Positions 21,008 through 31,164 of a stretch of 64,000 bases of DNA are shown here, piece after piece. The notes under the pieces were generated by a model. That model was not told the DNA's origin. It saw only the letters and a list, made by a program, of their open reading frames with translations, and made no database searches. The first letter of the stretch is position 1, and each line of letters opens with the position of its first letter. The stretch lies in contig CAVXWP010000016.1 of assembly GCA_963765495.1 (NCBI GenBank), positions 128,001 through 192,000 of the forward strand. Reading direction: 5' to 3'. A program made the translations under genes and the position numbers. The DNA is from Blastocatellia bacterium (GTDB lineage: Bacteria > Acidobacteriota > Blastocatellia > UBA7656).

Positions 21008-21996
21008 TCCAATGTTTTTTTATCCTCCCACTCCTGTTGGACTTCTCGCGCAAGCATCGCCGCCCCGATTATTCCCGCATCATCGCCAAGCGCAGACCGC
21101 GCTATATTCACATCTTTTCTTATGGATTCGAAGACCACCTTGCGGGCGGCGCGATCAATGCGATGGATGAAATCATCGCTCATGGCTTCGATCATGCCCC
21201 CGCCGAGAACTATTATTTCAGGGCCGAGCAGATTGACCACGCTCCCCACGGCGATTCCTATGTATCGGGCCGCGTTGTGAATTACCTGCGTGACCACTTT
21301 ATCGCCCTCATCATAAGCCTTCCTGAGAGCGCTGCTCCGAAGAGCGCCGGGTTGTTTGTCGAGCAGTTTGGCCAGAGACGATTTCTCGCCGCGCTTAATG
21401 GCTTTTTTTATATCGCGCGTCATGGCTACACGGCTTGCAAGCGCTTCGAGGCAACCGCGAGCGCCGCAGCCGCAACGCGGGCCATCCGCCTCTATGACGA
21501 TGTGGCCTATTTCGCCCGCGTTCCCCGTGAAGCCGGTATAGAGCGCGCCGTTTAGGATCAGGCCGCCACCGATACCCGTTCCGATAAACATGCCCAGCAC
21601 GTCGCTTGCGCCGCGCGCCGCTCCGGCTTTGAATTCGCCGTATGTGCCCGCGTCCACATCGTTTGAGACGATTACGGCGCAACCGAACCTTTCGGCCATG
21701 AGAGGGCCGAGGGGGAAATTATTGAAATTCAAGTTGACGGATTCGATTATATAACCCGTCTTTGAATCGAGCGGGCCGGGTGAGCCTATGCCTATCGCGG
21801 CCAGATTTTGCGCCTCAACGCCCGCGCGGGCGAGGGCTTTTTGAGCGATGCCCGCGATGGTTTCGAATACTTCTTCGTTTGCGCGCCAGGCTTTTGTTTT
21901 TGCGCGTGCGCGGCCAGTGATGTGTCCCTCCCCGTCAATTACTCCCGCGCTGACCTTCGTTCCTCCAAGATCAATTCCCAGAACCTGTGATTGCAT
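20998..21996 (-). CDS. ROK family sugar kinase (glucokinase-like)
   Basis: GIDLGGTK, GIGSPG, GTGIGGG, GEIGH, CGCGARGCLEA. Confidence 0.92.
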   Translation of the reverse strand: MQSQVLGIDLGGTKVSAGVIDGEGHITGRARAKTKAWRANEEVFETIAGIAQKALARAGVEAQNLAAIGIGSPGPLDSKTGYIIESVNLNFNNFPLGPLMAERFGCAVIVSNDVDAGTYGEFKAGAARGASDVLGMFIGTGIGGGLILNGALYTGFTGNAGEIGHIVIEADGPRCGCGARGCLEALASRVAMTRDIKKAIKRGEKSSLAKLLDKQPGALRSSALRKAYDEGDKVVTQVIHNAARYIGIAVGSVVNLLGPEIIVLGGGMIEAMSDDFIHRIDRAARKVVFESIRKDVNIARSALGDDAGIIGAAMLAREVQQEWEDKKTLDDA

Positions 21997-22110
21997 AGGG
22001 TCTTCTCATAGCCTTCATTCGATAAAATAAGAGCAGGGCTAATATAAAAGCGCCGCGCGCAATTGTCTATGCGGTTTCTGACGGATGGGTCTTTATCGCC
22101 CGGCCTCGGT

Positions 22111-22400
22111 TCAGGCATCGAGCCTGTAGCCGGGATCAATCTGTTGAAACCCCAGCAGGATTTCGTGTACGTCGAATGGATTGGTGTTCTGGCCCGTAAA
22201 AATGGGCCTCAGGACCTGGAAGATGTGTTCTATTCCCTGAGCATCGTCCATGTCGGCGTCAATTATGAATTCCAGAGTCTCGGGATTGCTGAAGAATGTG
22301 AGCTGGAGGTTACCGTAGAGGTCCGGCGTCTTCAGCGAATCGGATGACTTGAAGCCCGGCGGCGGGAGGAGTTTTGGTGTCACGAGAAGGGGTAAGCATT
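22111..22400 (-). pseudogene. Probable 3' remnant of a larger hypothetical protein gene
   Basis: Codons from ...PPPGFKSSDSLKTPDLYGNLQLTFF...DDAQGIEHIFQVL...DVHEILL..QIDPGYRL look genuinely coding (GC3-rich). The ORF's 5' part looks non-coding and has no RBS. Confidence 0.4.
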
Positions 22401-22500
22401 CAAGGCAGTAATCACAGCTTTTCGCACACTTCAACGGTTTATTTCTACCCGCCATCTAGCCTAGACGGGTTTTTGCGCGCGAATTCTGCAAATGTTTTTT

Positions 22501-22639
22501 CAGTAGGCAGCAGGCAGTAGGCAGTTATCGGAGTCGGGTGCCAACTACTCATATCCATACCCGGCCTCCTGCCTTTAGCTTCCCGGGTTAGCATGATTTA
22601 TCGGTTTATTACAAACTGCCTACTGCCTACTGCCTACTG
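22501..22639. repeat. Inverted (CAGTAGG)n array, just downstream of the 22643 stop
   Basis: cagtaggcagcaggcagtaggcagtt ... aactgcctactgcctactgcctactg. Confidence 0.85.
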
Positions 22640-22642
22640 TTT

Positions 22643-23467
22643 TTAGTGTACACCCAATCTTTCGGCCGTTTCGCGATCAATGCGCCCGGTCACAGGTAGA
22701 TTGCTGTCACGCTGAAATTGGCGGAGCGCCCCGCGAGTCCGCGTACCCATCAGCCCGTCGGCCGGGCCGGCGTTGTAGCCCTTTTGATTAAGCTCGCGCT
22801 GCACCTCCATGATGGTCGCGCGAGTGACGTGGAAGCTATCATAGCCTTCTTCAGAAGCTCGACCCGTCGTTTTGAGTGCGCGGATTTCTATCTCCGTGCC
22901 GGAATCGAGTCTCAACTCTTTTTCGCCGTCAATGACAAGCGAGCCTGCTCCCGCGCCGCCGCCTAAGAGGATTCCTATCGCGGCTCCTTTGCCGCCGCCA
23001 ATCAACCCGCCCAGCACGCCGCCTACGGCAGCGCCGATGGCCCCGCGCTTGATTGCCTGTTTGCCACGGCTGCCGGATTCGATATGGCCCTCTTCATCGA
23101 CTACCTTGACGGATTCGGACTGGCGCACCTCCATCAACTCTGCGCTGAGCGGAGATGTTCGCCCGCCCGGCAGTTCTATTGAATCGAAAACCAGAGACAT
23201 CTCCGTCTTGCCTTTGACCTTGCCCGATTCTTTTATCTGAGCGATATGACCGTGCACCGTGCCGTTTTCGTATTCGAGCGGCGAGATGATCGTCCCCGTG
23301 AAACGGTCTCCGGCGCGGCTCGTCTTGCTGCTGATCCCGTTATTGAGTTTCATCAATATGCGAGTCCGAGCCGGCACAGGCAGCTTCTGAACCGGCGCGG
23401 CGAACATCGGCAGCGCAAGAAACGCCAGGGTGATGATTGATAAGATGCCCGTACGGTAATTCTTCAT
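22643..23467 (-). CDS. Secreted protein with glycine-zipper segment and C-terminal peptidoglycan-binding (PG_binding_1) domain
   Basis: Signal peptide; ISSKTSRAGDRF beta-domain; GAIGAAVGGVLGGLIGGGKGAAIG; VQRELNQKGYNAGPADGLMGTRTRGALRQFQRDSNLPVTG. Confidence 0.8.
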   Translation of the reverse strand: MKNYRTGILSIITLAFLALPMFAAPVQKLPVPARTRILMKLNNGISSKTSRAGDRFTGTIISPLEYENGTVHGHIAQIKESGKVKGKTEMSLVFDSIELPGGRTSPLSAELMEVRQSESVKVVDEEGHIESGSRGKQAIKRGAIGAAVGGVLGGLIGGGKGAAIGILLGGGAGAGSLVIDGEKELRLDSGTEIEIRALKTTGRASEEGYDSFHVTRATIMEVQRELNQKGYNAGPADGLMGTRTRGALRQFQRDSNLPVTGRIDRETAERLGVH

Positions 23468-23682
23468 AATTCGCCTCCTTCTGGTTGCTCTTTGATTAAG
23501 CTCTTCAAAGCTCTTTCGGTTGAATCGCGCTCATAGTTTTCACTCGATCTGCTTATCATTATGTTATCACATGCCTTTCGACAACCGGCTGAAACGCTTC
23601 TCGTTGCCAATTAAAAATACGCCTTAAAGAGGATGCGCACAGCGGGCAAAAAGATTTCTGCGGTTCAAATAAATATCGCAGA

Positions 23683-24636
23683 TTACATCAGCGCCTGTTT
23701 CAAGTGCTCGAGTGAAGTGTTGCCGCCCGAACAGACCATTCCCACCCTTTTTCCCGCAAGTTCCTCGCGCATCGCGTAGATCACGGCCAGCGCCGCCGCC
23801 CCCGCCCCTTCGGCAAGCGTATGCGCGCGCTCGATCATCCACACCATCGCTCGTTTTATCTCTTCATCACTCGTCAGGCGAAAATCAGCAAGCCGATCCC
23901 ACAGGATCATCTGCGGCAAAGCGAAGGCCGTGCCCGTCGCAATCCCCTCGGCAAAGGTGTGATTCGGCGCTTCTACAAGTCGGCGCTCCTTCCACGAATT
24001 GTAGGCAGCGGGCGAGCTCTCCGATTGGACTCCCACGACGCGAATGCCGGGATTGACGGCTTCCGCAGCAATCGCAACACCGGCGGCACCGCTGCCTCCG
24101 CCCACGGGCACAAAGATAAGGTCGAGGCCCGGTTCGTCTTCGAGCATCTCTAAAGCCTCGGTTGCGACCCCGGCAATCAGCAGAGGTTCGTCGCCCGAAT
24201 GGATGTAGCGATAGCCTCGCTCGGCGGCAAGCGATTCGCAATGGAGGCGCGCATCGTCGAATTTTTCGCCGTGAAAAATCACCTCGGCCCCAAGCCCGCC
24301 GATAGCGGCCACCTTGCCGGGATTAGCCGCTTCCGGCACCACTATGCGAGCTTCGACTCCAAACAATCTGGCAGCGTAAGCCACCGACTGCCCGTGATTG
24401 CCGGTCGAGGCGGCGATCACTCCGCGCGCGCGCTCCTTCGGGCTTAACTGTGAAATCAGGTTTATGCCGCCGCGCACTTTGAAAGCGCCCGTTGGCTGAT
24501 AGTTTTCGTGTTTGATAAAGACCTCGGTGCCGATCAAATCATTGATCGCCGGGTATGAGTGCAGAGGCGTGCGCAACAGATAAGGCTCGATCCGTTTGCG
24601 AGCCATCAGCACATCTTGAAAATCCGGTATTTTCAT
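23683..24636 (-). CDS. PLP-dependent threonine/serine dehydratase family enzyme
   Basis: KHENYQPTGAFKVRGG, ASTGNHGQ, PVGGGSG, SGGN. Confidence 0.9.
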   Translation of the reverse strand: MKIPDFQDVLMARKRIEPYLLRTPLHSYPAINDLIGTEVFIKHENYQPTGAFKVRGGINLISQLSPKERARGVIAASTGNHGQSVAYAARLFGVEARIVVPEAANPGKVAAIGGLGAEVIFHGEKFDDARLHCESLAAERGYRYIHSGDEPLLIAGVATEALEMLEDEPGLDLIFVPVGGGSGAAGVAIAAEAVNPGIRVVGVQSESSPAAYNSWKERRLVEAPNHTFAEGIATGTAFALPQMILWDRLADFRLTSDEEIKRAMVWMIERAHTLAEGAGAAALAVIYAMREELAGKRVGMVCSGGNTSLEHLKQALM

Positions 24637-25385
24637 AGCTCGATCTCCTTTTCCAGATCACTGCGTCTTCCGGCCAGGTGAAAGAACACATCTTCAAACG
24701 GCGCGTCGGCAAGTCCGGTCAAGACTCGCAAATCAGAGGGCGCGTCATTGGCTACCAGACGACCCGTGCGCATTATGGCCACGCGATCCGAGACGCGCTC
24801 GACAAAACTCATCACGTGCGAAGAGACAAGCACGGCGCGGCCCTGCCTGCTTTCGGCTTCTATTCTGAGCCTCAGATTGCGCATCATCTCTACATCCAAA
24901 CCGTTGAGCGGTTCGTCGAGCACAACCACATCGGGCGAGCCGATCATAGCCGCCGCAAGCCCAAGCTTTTTACGCATACCGAGCGAGTAACCGCCTACGA
25001 GTTTATCCTTGGCTTGCGTAAGCTCAAAAAAATCGAGTTCTTCGGGGATAGTCTCGCCGCTGATCTCCTTCAGACCGGCTACTAGATGCAGGTATTCGCT
25101 GCCCGTCAATTGTTCGTACAGTATAAGCTCTTCGGGCAGGTAGCCGAGATGTCGTTTGGCCGTAGGCATCTGACTCGTCAGCGCCTCGCCGTGGATAAAG
25201 ACCTTTCCCGCGTCAGGTTCTGTGATGCCGACGATCATACGTATCAAGGTAGATTTGCCCGCGCCGTTTGCGCCTACCAGCCCGCAGACCTGTCCGGCAG
25301 GAATGTCGAGGCTTACCTCATTGACCGCCGTGATGTCGCCGTATCGCTTTGTGACCGCGTCAACTCTTATCAGGCTTTCGCTCAA
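24633..25385 (-). CDS. ABC transporter ATP-binding protein
   Basis: GANGAGKST, YSLGMRKK, LDEPLNGLD, SSH. Start set at the TTG overlapping the upstream TGA. Confidence 0.9.
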   Translation of the reverse strand: MSESLIRVDAVTKRYGDITAVNEVSLDIPAGQVCGLVGANGAGKSTLIRMIVGITEPDAGKVFIHGEALTSQMPTAKRHLGYLPEELILYEQLTGSEYLHLVAGLKEISGETIPEELDFFELTQAKDKLVGGYSLGMRKKLGLAAAMIGSPDVVVLDEPLNGLDVEMMRNLRLRIEAESRQGRAVLVSSHVMSFVERVSDRVAIMRTGRLVANDAPSDLRVLTGLADAPFEDVFFHLAGRRSDLEKEIEL

Positions 25386-26827
25386 TCGTCCTCCGTAATC
25401 AGATAGTACCTGACTCTTGCCCGCCCGCGTTCGGGCAAACCGTGCATCGCCTGAAAGTATATTATTATCCCGAAAGGCCATAACAAAGCCGCGAGGGCTC
25501 CGCCCGCAAGCCCGACTGTCACCATAAAGATGATCGCAAGACCGGGCCGGTTCGGCATCTCGAATGAAAGCGAGCCCATGAGGGAACTGACCAGCCACCA
25601 CAGAAACAGAGACTCGGCAAGCAAGGGTATCGCGTAATAGAGCGGGACCTCCGCGCTGACAAACCCCAGCAGCCACACGATGATTGGCGCAGGCGCGCTC
25701 ACCATTCGCGTGTACCAGAGCTTTGCCTGCCATATCTCGAGACCGGTAGTGCCGAGCGAGCGTTCAAGCCAGAGATGAGGCAGTTCGTATGCCACAAGCA
25801 CCGGGGTCAGAGCCGAAAGTGACACCACAACAAGCGCGCAGCCCGCTTTCACGGCCATCACGGAAGGCCGCCATGTCGCGTTGAACCCGCTTGCGTCGTC
25901 GGGGCCGAGCGGTATAACGCTCGCCGCAAGAGGCAGCAGCCGCGCCGTGAGCGCGATGAAAAGCGCAAAGAGCCAGAGCACAGAGATGCCCAGTGCCACA
26001 TACACGGCAGATGAAAACGCCCTCACCGTCAATTGCAGATCACGAGCCAGTTCGGCCGCCACCTTCGCTCCAAACCAGCGCCTGAAAATCCTCACGCTAA
26101 AGATGCTGCGGCGATTCGCATCCTGTAGCCGCTTGACAAACTCGATGTCTGCCGCTCGCCAGCGCGCGTGCAGCCTTTGCGTTATCAGATAGACGAGCGC
26201 GCACAAGAATGCGCTCGCAGCCATTGATAATACGCCCGTGAGACGCGAGACCGAATTCGGCTCAAGCGAGAGCACAAGCAACTCTCCCGCTGCAATTGAA
26301 GTAAAAATTATGATGACAAGCGCGATTGCTGCCGCTCGCAGATTTCGCCTATGGCCCCAGTGAATCCAGTTTAGCCCGGCAAACAATTGCGTGAGCGCCG
26401 TGAGGATGACAAATAACGCGAGAGGCGGCAGGCTTCGCGGATTTGTCAAAGCGGTTTCGCCTGAAAGCGACCAGACTTCAATGACAACCACGCCCGCGAC
26501 AAGGGTTCGGGTGATGCGAATTGCGAGCGCGGCATTTAGGTGAAGGGCGGGAGAGAGGGGAAAAGATTCGAAAAATGATTCCGGTCGCTTGAGATGATAA
26601 ATCTCGATGCTCGCGCGCGACAGGTTGAGCGCCGTCAGACAAAGCACAAACAGCGTCGCAAGCGACAGGGCGAGCCCGAGCGAAGGCCGCCACGCGGGAA
26701 GATTATCTGAGAGGCGGCTTATTGTGAACCAGGTGAGCCCGAGAACCACAGGGCCAAGCACAAGCCAGGTGTAAATATGCCGGACGGCCCATCTAAACTC
26801 TGAGCGAAGCGCCGCACCCACGAGCAA
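25382..26827 (-). CDS. Multi-pass membrane protein, probable ABC exporter permease (start uncertain)
   Basis: About 12 hydrophobic segments; stop overlaps the ATPase start. The ORF extends upstream into a heptamer repeat element. Confidence 0.7.
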   Translation of the reverse strand: MLVGAALRSEFRWAVRHIYTWLVLGPVVLGLTWFTISRLSDNLPAWRPSLGLALSLATLFVLCLTALNLSRASIEIYHLKRPESFFESFPLSPALHLNAALAIRITRTLVAGVVVIEVWSLSGETALTNPRSLPPLALFVILTALTQLFAGLNWIHWGHRRNLRAAAIALVIIIFTSIAAGELLVLSLEPNSVSRLTGVLSMAASAFLCALVYLITQRLHARWRAADIEFVKRLQDANRRSIFSVRIFRRWFGAKVAAELARDLQLTVRAFSSAVYVALGISVLWLFALFIALTARLLPLAASVIPLGPDDASGFNATWRPSVMAVKAGCALVVVSLSALTPVLVAYELPHLWLERSLGTTGLEIWQAKLWYTRMVSAPAPIIVWLLGFVSAEVPLYYAIPLLAESLFLWWLVSSLMGSLSFEMPNRPGLAIIFMVTVGLAGGALAALLWPFGIIIYFQAMHGLPERGRARVRYYLITEDD

Positions 26828-26831
26828 TTTG

Positions 26832-26974
26832 AAAGGATGAAGGATGTTCGGAAGGATGAAGGATGAGCGATGAAAAGAACTGTGAGGAGGCATTTCGTTA
26901 CCTGGCCAATCGCATGAAGCAGATTATGTCAACATGCTCCTTTTCATCCCTCATCCCTCATCCCTCATCCCTCA
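26832..26974. repeat. Inverted (GGATGAG/GGATGAA)n array (family C, copy 1); includes the TGA stop of the FKBP gene
   Basis: aaaggatgaaggatgttcggaaggatgaaggatgagcgatgaaaag ... cttttcatccctcatccctcatccctcatccctca; ends match 51668-51813. Confidence 0.88.
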
Positions 26975-27487
26975 TTGGATTCCAAGCAGTTCGACTTCGA
27001 AGGTAAGCGGAGCATTGGGCGGTATTAAGGGTGGTTTTCCTGCCGCACCATAGGCGAGGTTGTAAGGGATCATCAGCTTGCGTTTGCCGCCTACTTTCAT
27101 CGTCATTATGCCTTCGTCCCAACCTTTGATGACCGCGCCAGTGCCGATCCTGAATGTAATCGGCTCTCCACTGTCTAACGAACTTTGAAATTTCGTTCCG
27201 TTTTCAAGCCAGCCCGTATAATGCACGGAGACGGTCTGGCCCGGCTTCGGGGTCTCTCCTGTGCCTTCGACAAGGTCAATGTATTTCAACCCCGAATCGG
27301 TAGTGACTATGTGATTGCCGCGTGTGAGCAAAAAGGCCGCCGCGCCAACTGCGAGCACGCCGATCACCACGGCTGCGATTATGATATATCGAGTCGTTTT
27401 TTTCTGCTTCGATCTCCTGCCCGAAGCATAGACCTGTCTGGAGGATATTCCGCCCTTTCCGGACTTTCTTTTGCGACTTTGTGGCAA
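26972..27487 (-). CDS. Membrane-anchored FKBP-type peptidyl-prolyl isomerase
   Basis: N-terminal TM; [50 protein letters not shown]. Confidence 0.92.
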   Translation of the reverse strand: MPQSRKRKSGKGGISSRQVYASGRRSKQKKTTRYIIIAAVVIGVLAVGAAAFLLTRGNHIVTTDSGLKYIDLVEGTGETPKPGQTVSVHYTGWLENGTKFQSSLDSGEPITFRIGTGAVIKGWDEGIMTMKVGGKRKLMIPYNLAYGAAGKPPLIPPNAPLTFEVELLGIQ

Positions 27488-27582
27488 CTCTCATACTCCT
27501 TTGAAACTAAGATAAAACCGGCCGAGCCGAAGAGTTATACCCGATTGCTCTATGCCGGTTCAATTCAAACGGCGACCCGGCG

Positions 27583-28902
27583 TCAGGCGCTGGTCGTGGC
27601 ATTTTCCGTTTCCTCTTTGCGCTCGTCAATCAGCGTGTAATCGCGCTCATCGTATCCCAGATAAATCTGGCGCGGGCGGGCAATCTTTTGCTCGCTGTCG
27701 TTGAGCATCTCTACCCATTGCGCGAGCCATCCCGATACGCGCGGAATTGCGAAGAGCACAGGGAACATGTCTACGGGGAAACGCATCGCCTGATAAATTA
27801 TCCCCGAATAGAAATCCACATTCGGGTAGAGCCTTCGTTTTATGAAGTACTCGTCTTCAAGCGCGATCCGTTCAAGTTCGAGCGCGATGTCTAAGACGGG
27901 ATTACTGCCCGTCACCTCGAAGACATCATAGGCGATCTGCTTGATTATCTTTGCGCGCGGGTCGTAATTCTTATAGACGCGATGTCCGAATCCCATCAAT
28001 CGAACATCGCCTTTTTTCACTCGCTCGATATAGGCGGAGATGTTCGACTTGGAGCCGATCTCGTTCAACATCCTGAGAACAGCTTCGTTTGCTCCGCCGT
28101 GAAGCGGGCCGTAAAGCGCCGCCGCCGCTCCGGCTACCGCAGAATAAGGGTCGGATTCGGAACTGCCTATGCTGCGCATGGCGTTTGTGCTGCAATTCTG
28201 TTCGTGATCAGCGTGCAGTATAAACAGCACGCTGAGCGCGCGTTCGAGCACCGGGTTTGGCTCGTACTTTACCTCCGTAGCCTTAAACATCATGTTGAGG
28301 AAATTGCCCGTGTAGCTCAGGTCATTATCGGGATAGGCATAAGGCATTCCTACGCTGTGGCGATAGGCAAAGGCTGCTATCGTGGGCATCTTCGCTATGA
28401 GACGATGAATCTGTTTGCGACGCTGTTGATCGTCAAAGATATTTTTCGCCTCCGGGTAGAAGGTCGAAAGGGCGCCCACCGTGGCTACGAGCATCCCCAT
28501 CGGGTGCGCGTCGTAATGAAACCCGTCCATGAATTTCTTTATCTGTTCGTGGAGCAGCGTGTGATGCGTGATGTCCCATATCCACTCCTTGAGATGCACC
28601 TCACTGGGCAATTCGCCGTGAAGGATCAGGTAAGCCACTTCGAGATAGGTGCTGTGTTCGGCAAGCTGTTCGATAGGGTATCCGCGATAGCGCAATATGC
28701 CACGGTCGCCGTCTATGTATGTGATGCGGCTCTTGCACGAAGCAGTGTTTGTAAATGCCGGGTCGTAGCCCATAAGCCCGAAGTCATCGTCTGAGACCTT
28801 TATCTGTCTGAGGTCCATCGTTTTTATAGTGCCTTCTTCGATGGGAACCTCGTACTGCTTCCCTGTCCTGTTGTCGGTTATTGTCAAAGTGTCTTTACTC
28901 AT
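27583..28902 (-). CDS. gltA: Citrate synthase
   Basis: YIDGDRGILRYRGYPI, HADHEQNCST, GPLHGGANE, GFGHRVYKNYDPRA, YPNVDFYSG. GGAGG RBS before MSKD. Confidence 0.95.
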   Translation of the reverse strand: MSKDTLTITDNRTGKQYEVPIEEGTIKTMDLRQIKVSDDDFGLMGYDPAFTNTASCKSRITYIDGDRGILRYRGYPIEQLAEHSTYLEVAYLILHGELPSEVHLKEWIWDITHHTLLHEQIKKFMDGFHYDAHPMGMLVATVGALSTFYPEAKNIFDDQQRRKQIHRLIAKMPTIAAFAYRHSVGMPYAYPDNDLSYTGNFLNMMFKATEVKYEPNPVLERALSVLFILHADHEQNCSTNAMRSIGSSESDPYSAVAGAAAALYGPLHGGANEAVLRMLNEIGSKSNISAYIERVKKGDVRLMGFGHRVYKNYDPRAKIIKQIAYDVFEVTGSNPVLDIALELERIALEDEYFIKRRLYPNVDFYSGIIYQAMRFPVDMFPVLFAIPRVSGWLAQWVEMLNDSEQKIARPRQIYLGYDERDYTLIDERKEETENATTSA

Positions 28903-28953
28903 GATTCCTCCGTCTGTTTTCAATCCGCCCGCGCTCTGTCTGCGTTCCACCAA

Positions 28954-30672
28954 TCAATCTACTTTGAGTTTATACCGCATATAGCGCGGATGCCACATCG
29001 TCTCTTCGATCAATCGCGTCAACTCCTCAAGAGATTTCTCTTCGGCCAGACCCGAGCGCCCGGCTTCAACCGCTACGGCGAGCGCGACGCGACGCGAGAC
29101 TTCGCGCACGTCTTCGAGCGCCGGGAAAAGCGAGCGCGAAGCGTCACGCCGGGCCGGAGACAACGCGCTCAGGGCGCGGGCAGCCGCTACAAACATCTCG
29201 TTGCTCACGCGGCGGGCGCGCGAGGCAATCACGCCAAGCCCCACGCCCGGAAAGATATAAGCATTGTTGCACTGGCCGGTGTAAAAAGTCTTTCCGTTAT
29301 AAATCACTTCTGGGAAAGGGCTGCCCGTGGCAACAAGGACGCGGCCTTCGGTGTAATTGATCAAATCAGTCGGTATCGCCTCGCATTTCGAGGTAGGGTT
29401 GGAAAGGGGAAAGATAATCGGACGCTCGACCTGGGCGGCCATCAGCCGCACGACCTCTTCGGTGAAGGCCCCCGGCTGGGCGGACGTGCCTATGAGAATA
29501 TTGGGGCGCACGTTTCTGATCACATCGAGCAACATGATTTGATTCGGGTTGTCGAGTTGCCACCCGGCGAGGCTCTCGCCGGGCTGCGAATATTTCCCCC
29601 TGGAAGATTCAACCTGATCCTGACCCGTGTGAACAAGCCCGTGTCGGTCAACCATCCAGATCGACCGGCGGGCTTCTTCTTCCGAAAGACCTTCGCTCAC
29701 CATCGCCGCGACGATCTGATCGCTTATGCCCGTAGCCGACGATCCCGCCCCGAGCATCACTATGCGCTGGCGGCTGATCTTTGAGCCGGTCACTTCGACC
29801 GCCGCAAGCAACCCCGCAACCGCGACCGCTCCCGTTCCCTGTATGTCGTCGTTGAAGGTGCACAAACGGTCGCGGTAACGTTCGAGCAAACGCCCGGCAT
29901 TGGCCTTTGCAAAATCTTCCCACTGAAGCAGCACGCCCGGAAACTTGCGCTTTACCGTCTCTACAAAGATTTCGATAAAGTCGTCGTACTCCTTGCCGCG
30001 TATGCGCTCGTGCCGCCAGCCGAGGTAAAGCGGGTCCGTGAGCAGGTCCTGATTGTCGGTTCCAACGTCGAGCGTGATGGGCAGGGTAGTGGCCGGATGA
30101 ATCCCCGCGCACAGGGTATAAAGCGACAGTTTCCCTACAGGGATTCCCATGCCTCCGACGCCCAGATCGCCCAGACCCAGTATCCGCTCGCCGTCGGTAA
30201 ATACGATCACCTGAACATCGGTCGTGGGAGCGTTGTCGAGTATCAGATCGATCTCTTCGCGTTGCGGATAAGAGATGTAAAGCCCCCGGGGCTTTCTATA
30301 TATGTGGCTGTAGTGCAGACAACCAAGCCCCACCACGGGCGTGTAGATGATGGGCATCATCTCGGTTATATGCTCCTCAAGCAATCGGTAAAAGAGCGTC
30401 TCGTTGCGGTCTTGCAGAGAGACCAGAAAGATATAGCGTTCGAGATCGGATTCTTTCCGCTTAAAGTTTTCATACAGCCGGGCCAGTTGTTGATCCATCG
30501 TCGAAACGTGTGGCGGCAAATGGCCGAGAAGTTTGAACTGGCGGCGCTCGTCTTCGGGAAACGCGCTCCCTTTATTGAGCAGAGAATGATCCAGCAGCAG
30601 GTCTCCGCTCAGTGAGACTTCGAGAAACTCTTCTCCCGTTTTTTCATCCCGAACGGGCTTATACGGACTCAT
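28954..30672 (-). CDS. maeA: NAD-dependent malic enzyme
   Basis: [58 protein letters not shown]. Confidence 0.93.
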   Translation of the reverse strand: MSPYKPVRDEKTGEEFLEVSLSGDLLLDHSLLNKGSAFPEDERRQFKLLGHLPPHVSTMDQQLARLYENFKRKESDLERYIFLVSLQDRNETLFYRLLEEHITEMMPIIYTPVVGLGCLHYSHIYRKPRGLYISYPQREEIDLILDNAPTTDVQVIVFTDGERILGLGDLGVGGMGIPVGKLSLYTLCAGIHPATTLPITLDVGTDNQDLLTDPLYLGWRHERIRGKEYDDFIEIFVETVKRKFPGVLLQWEDFAKANAGRLLERYRDRLCTFNDDIQGTGAVAVAGLLAAVEVTGSKISRQRIVMLGAGSSATGISDQIVAAMVSEGLSEEEARRSIWMVDRHGLVHTGQDQVESSRGKYSQPGESLAGWQLDNPNQIMLLDVIRNVRPNILIGTSAQPGAFTEEVVRLMAAQVERPIIFPLSNPTSKCEAIPTDLINYTEGRVLVATGSPFPEVIYNGKTFYTGQCNNAYIFPGVGLGVIASRARRVSNEMFVAAARALSALSPARRDASRSLFPALEDVREVSRRVALAVAVEAGRSGLAEEKSLEELTRLIEETMWHPRYMRYKLKVD

Positions 30673-30825
30673 ACGCGCCCCCCCGTGGCATATTGAACGA
30701 TCCCGGCATATCTGGACAAATCGGTTTGTAAGACTGGAAATCCGTCAAGAATTGATTAAACCGCAGGAAAGCGCCTTTGCGCAACGCAATAGTGCTTCAC
30801 TCAGCGCCACGAGTTTGAAAACCCA

Positions 30826-30853
30826 TTGACAAAACCTGCCTCTGTGATAGCAT
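30826..30853 (+). promoter_or_regulatory. sigma70-like promoter upstream of the DUF4331 gene
   Basis: TTGACA-16 nt-TAGCAT with a TGn extension. Confidence 0.45.
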
Positions 30854-31164
30854 ACGATTGCCTGTGTCCGGCGCGTACCGGATCTTTCGATTCAGCAGAA
30901 TCGAAAACAGCTATTATAGGGAATGGCATTTTCGTGCAATTGGGTCTTGACCAGTACAACATTATTGCGCATACGCCATCCTGACAGGGATTAACTCTTC
31001 GGATAACTCAAGAGTTTGAGGTCTGCAAACCCTGCATACCGACTAACCAATATTCCTCACCTTTTACAAATTCTTGAGTACTCCAATCAGGGTGGTCCAT
31101 TATGTTATGACCAGATAATTAAACATTCAAAATTGACGATCAATCGTAAATTAAGGAGGAAACC

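Noticed and set aside
27583-30672. maeA-gltA adjacency as a novel pathway
   Set aside because: Both are ordinary central-metabolism enzymes with canonical motifs; the adjacency alone is unremarkable.
30924-30938. TGGCATTTTCGTGCA as a sigma54 promoter
   Set aside because: Only 9 nt separate GG and GC; sigma54 needs 10.
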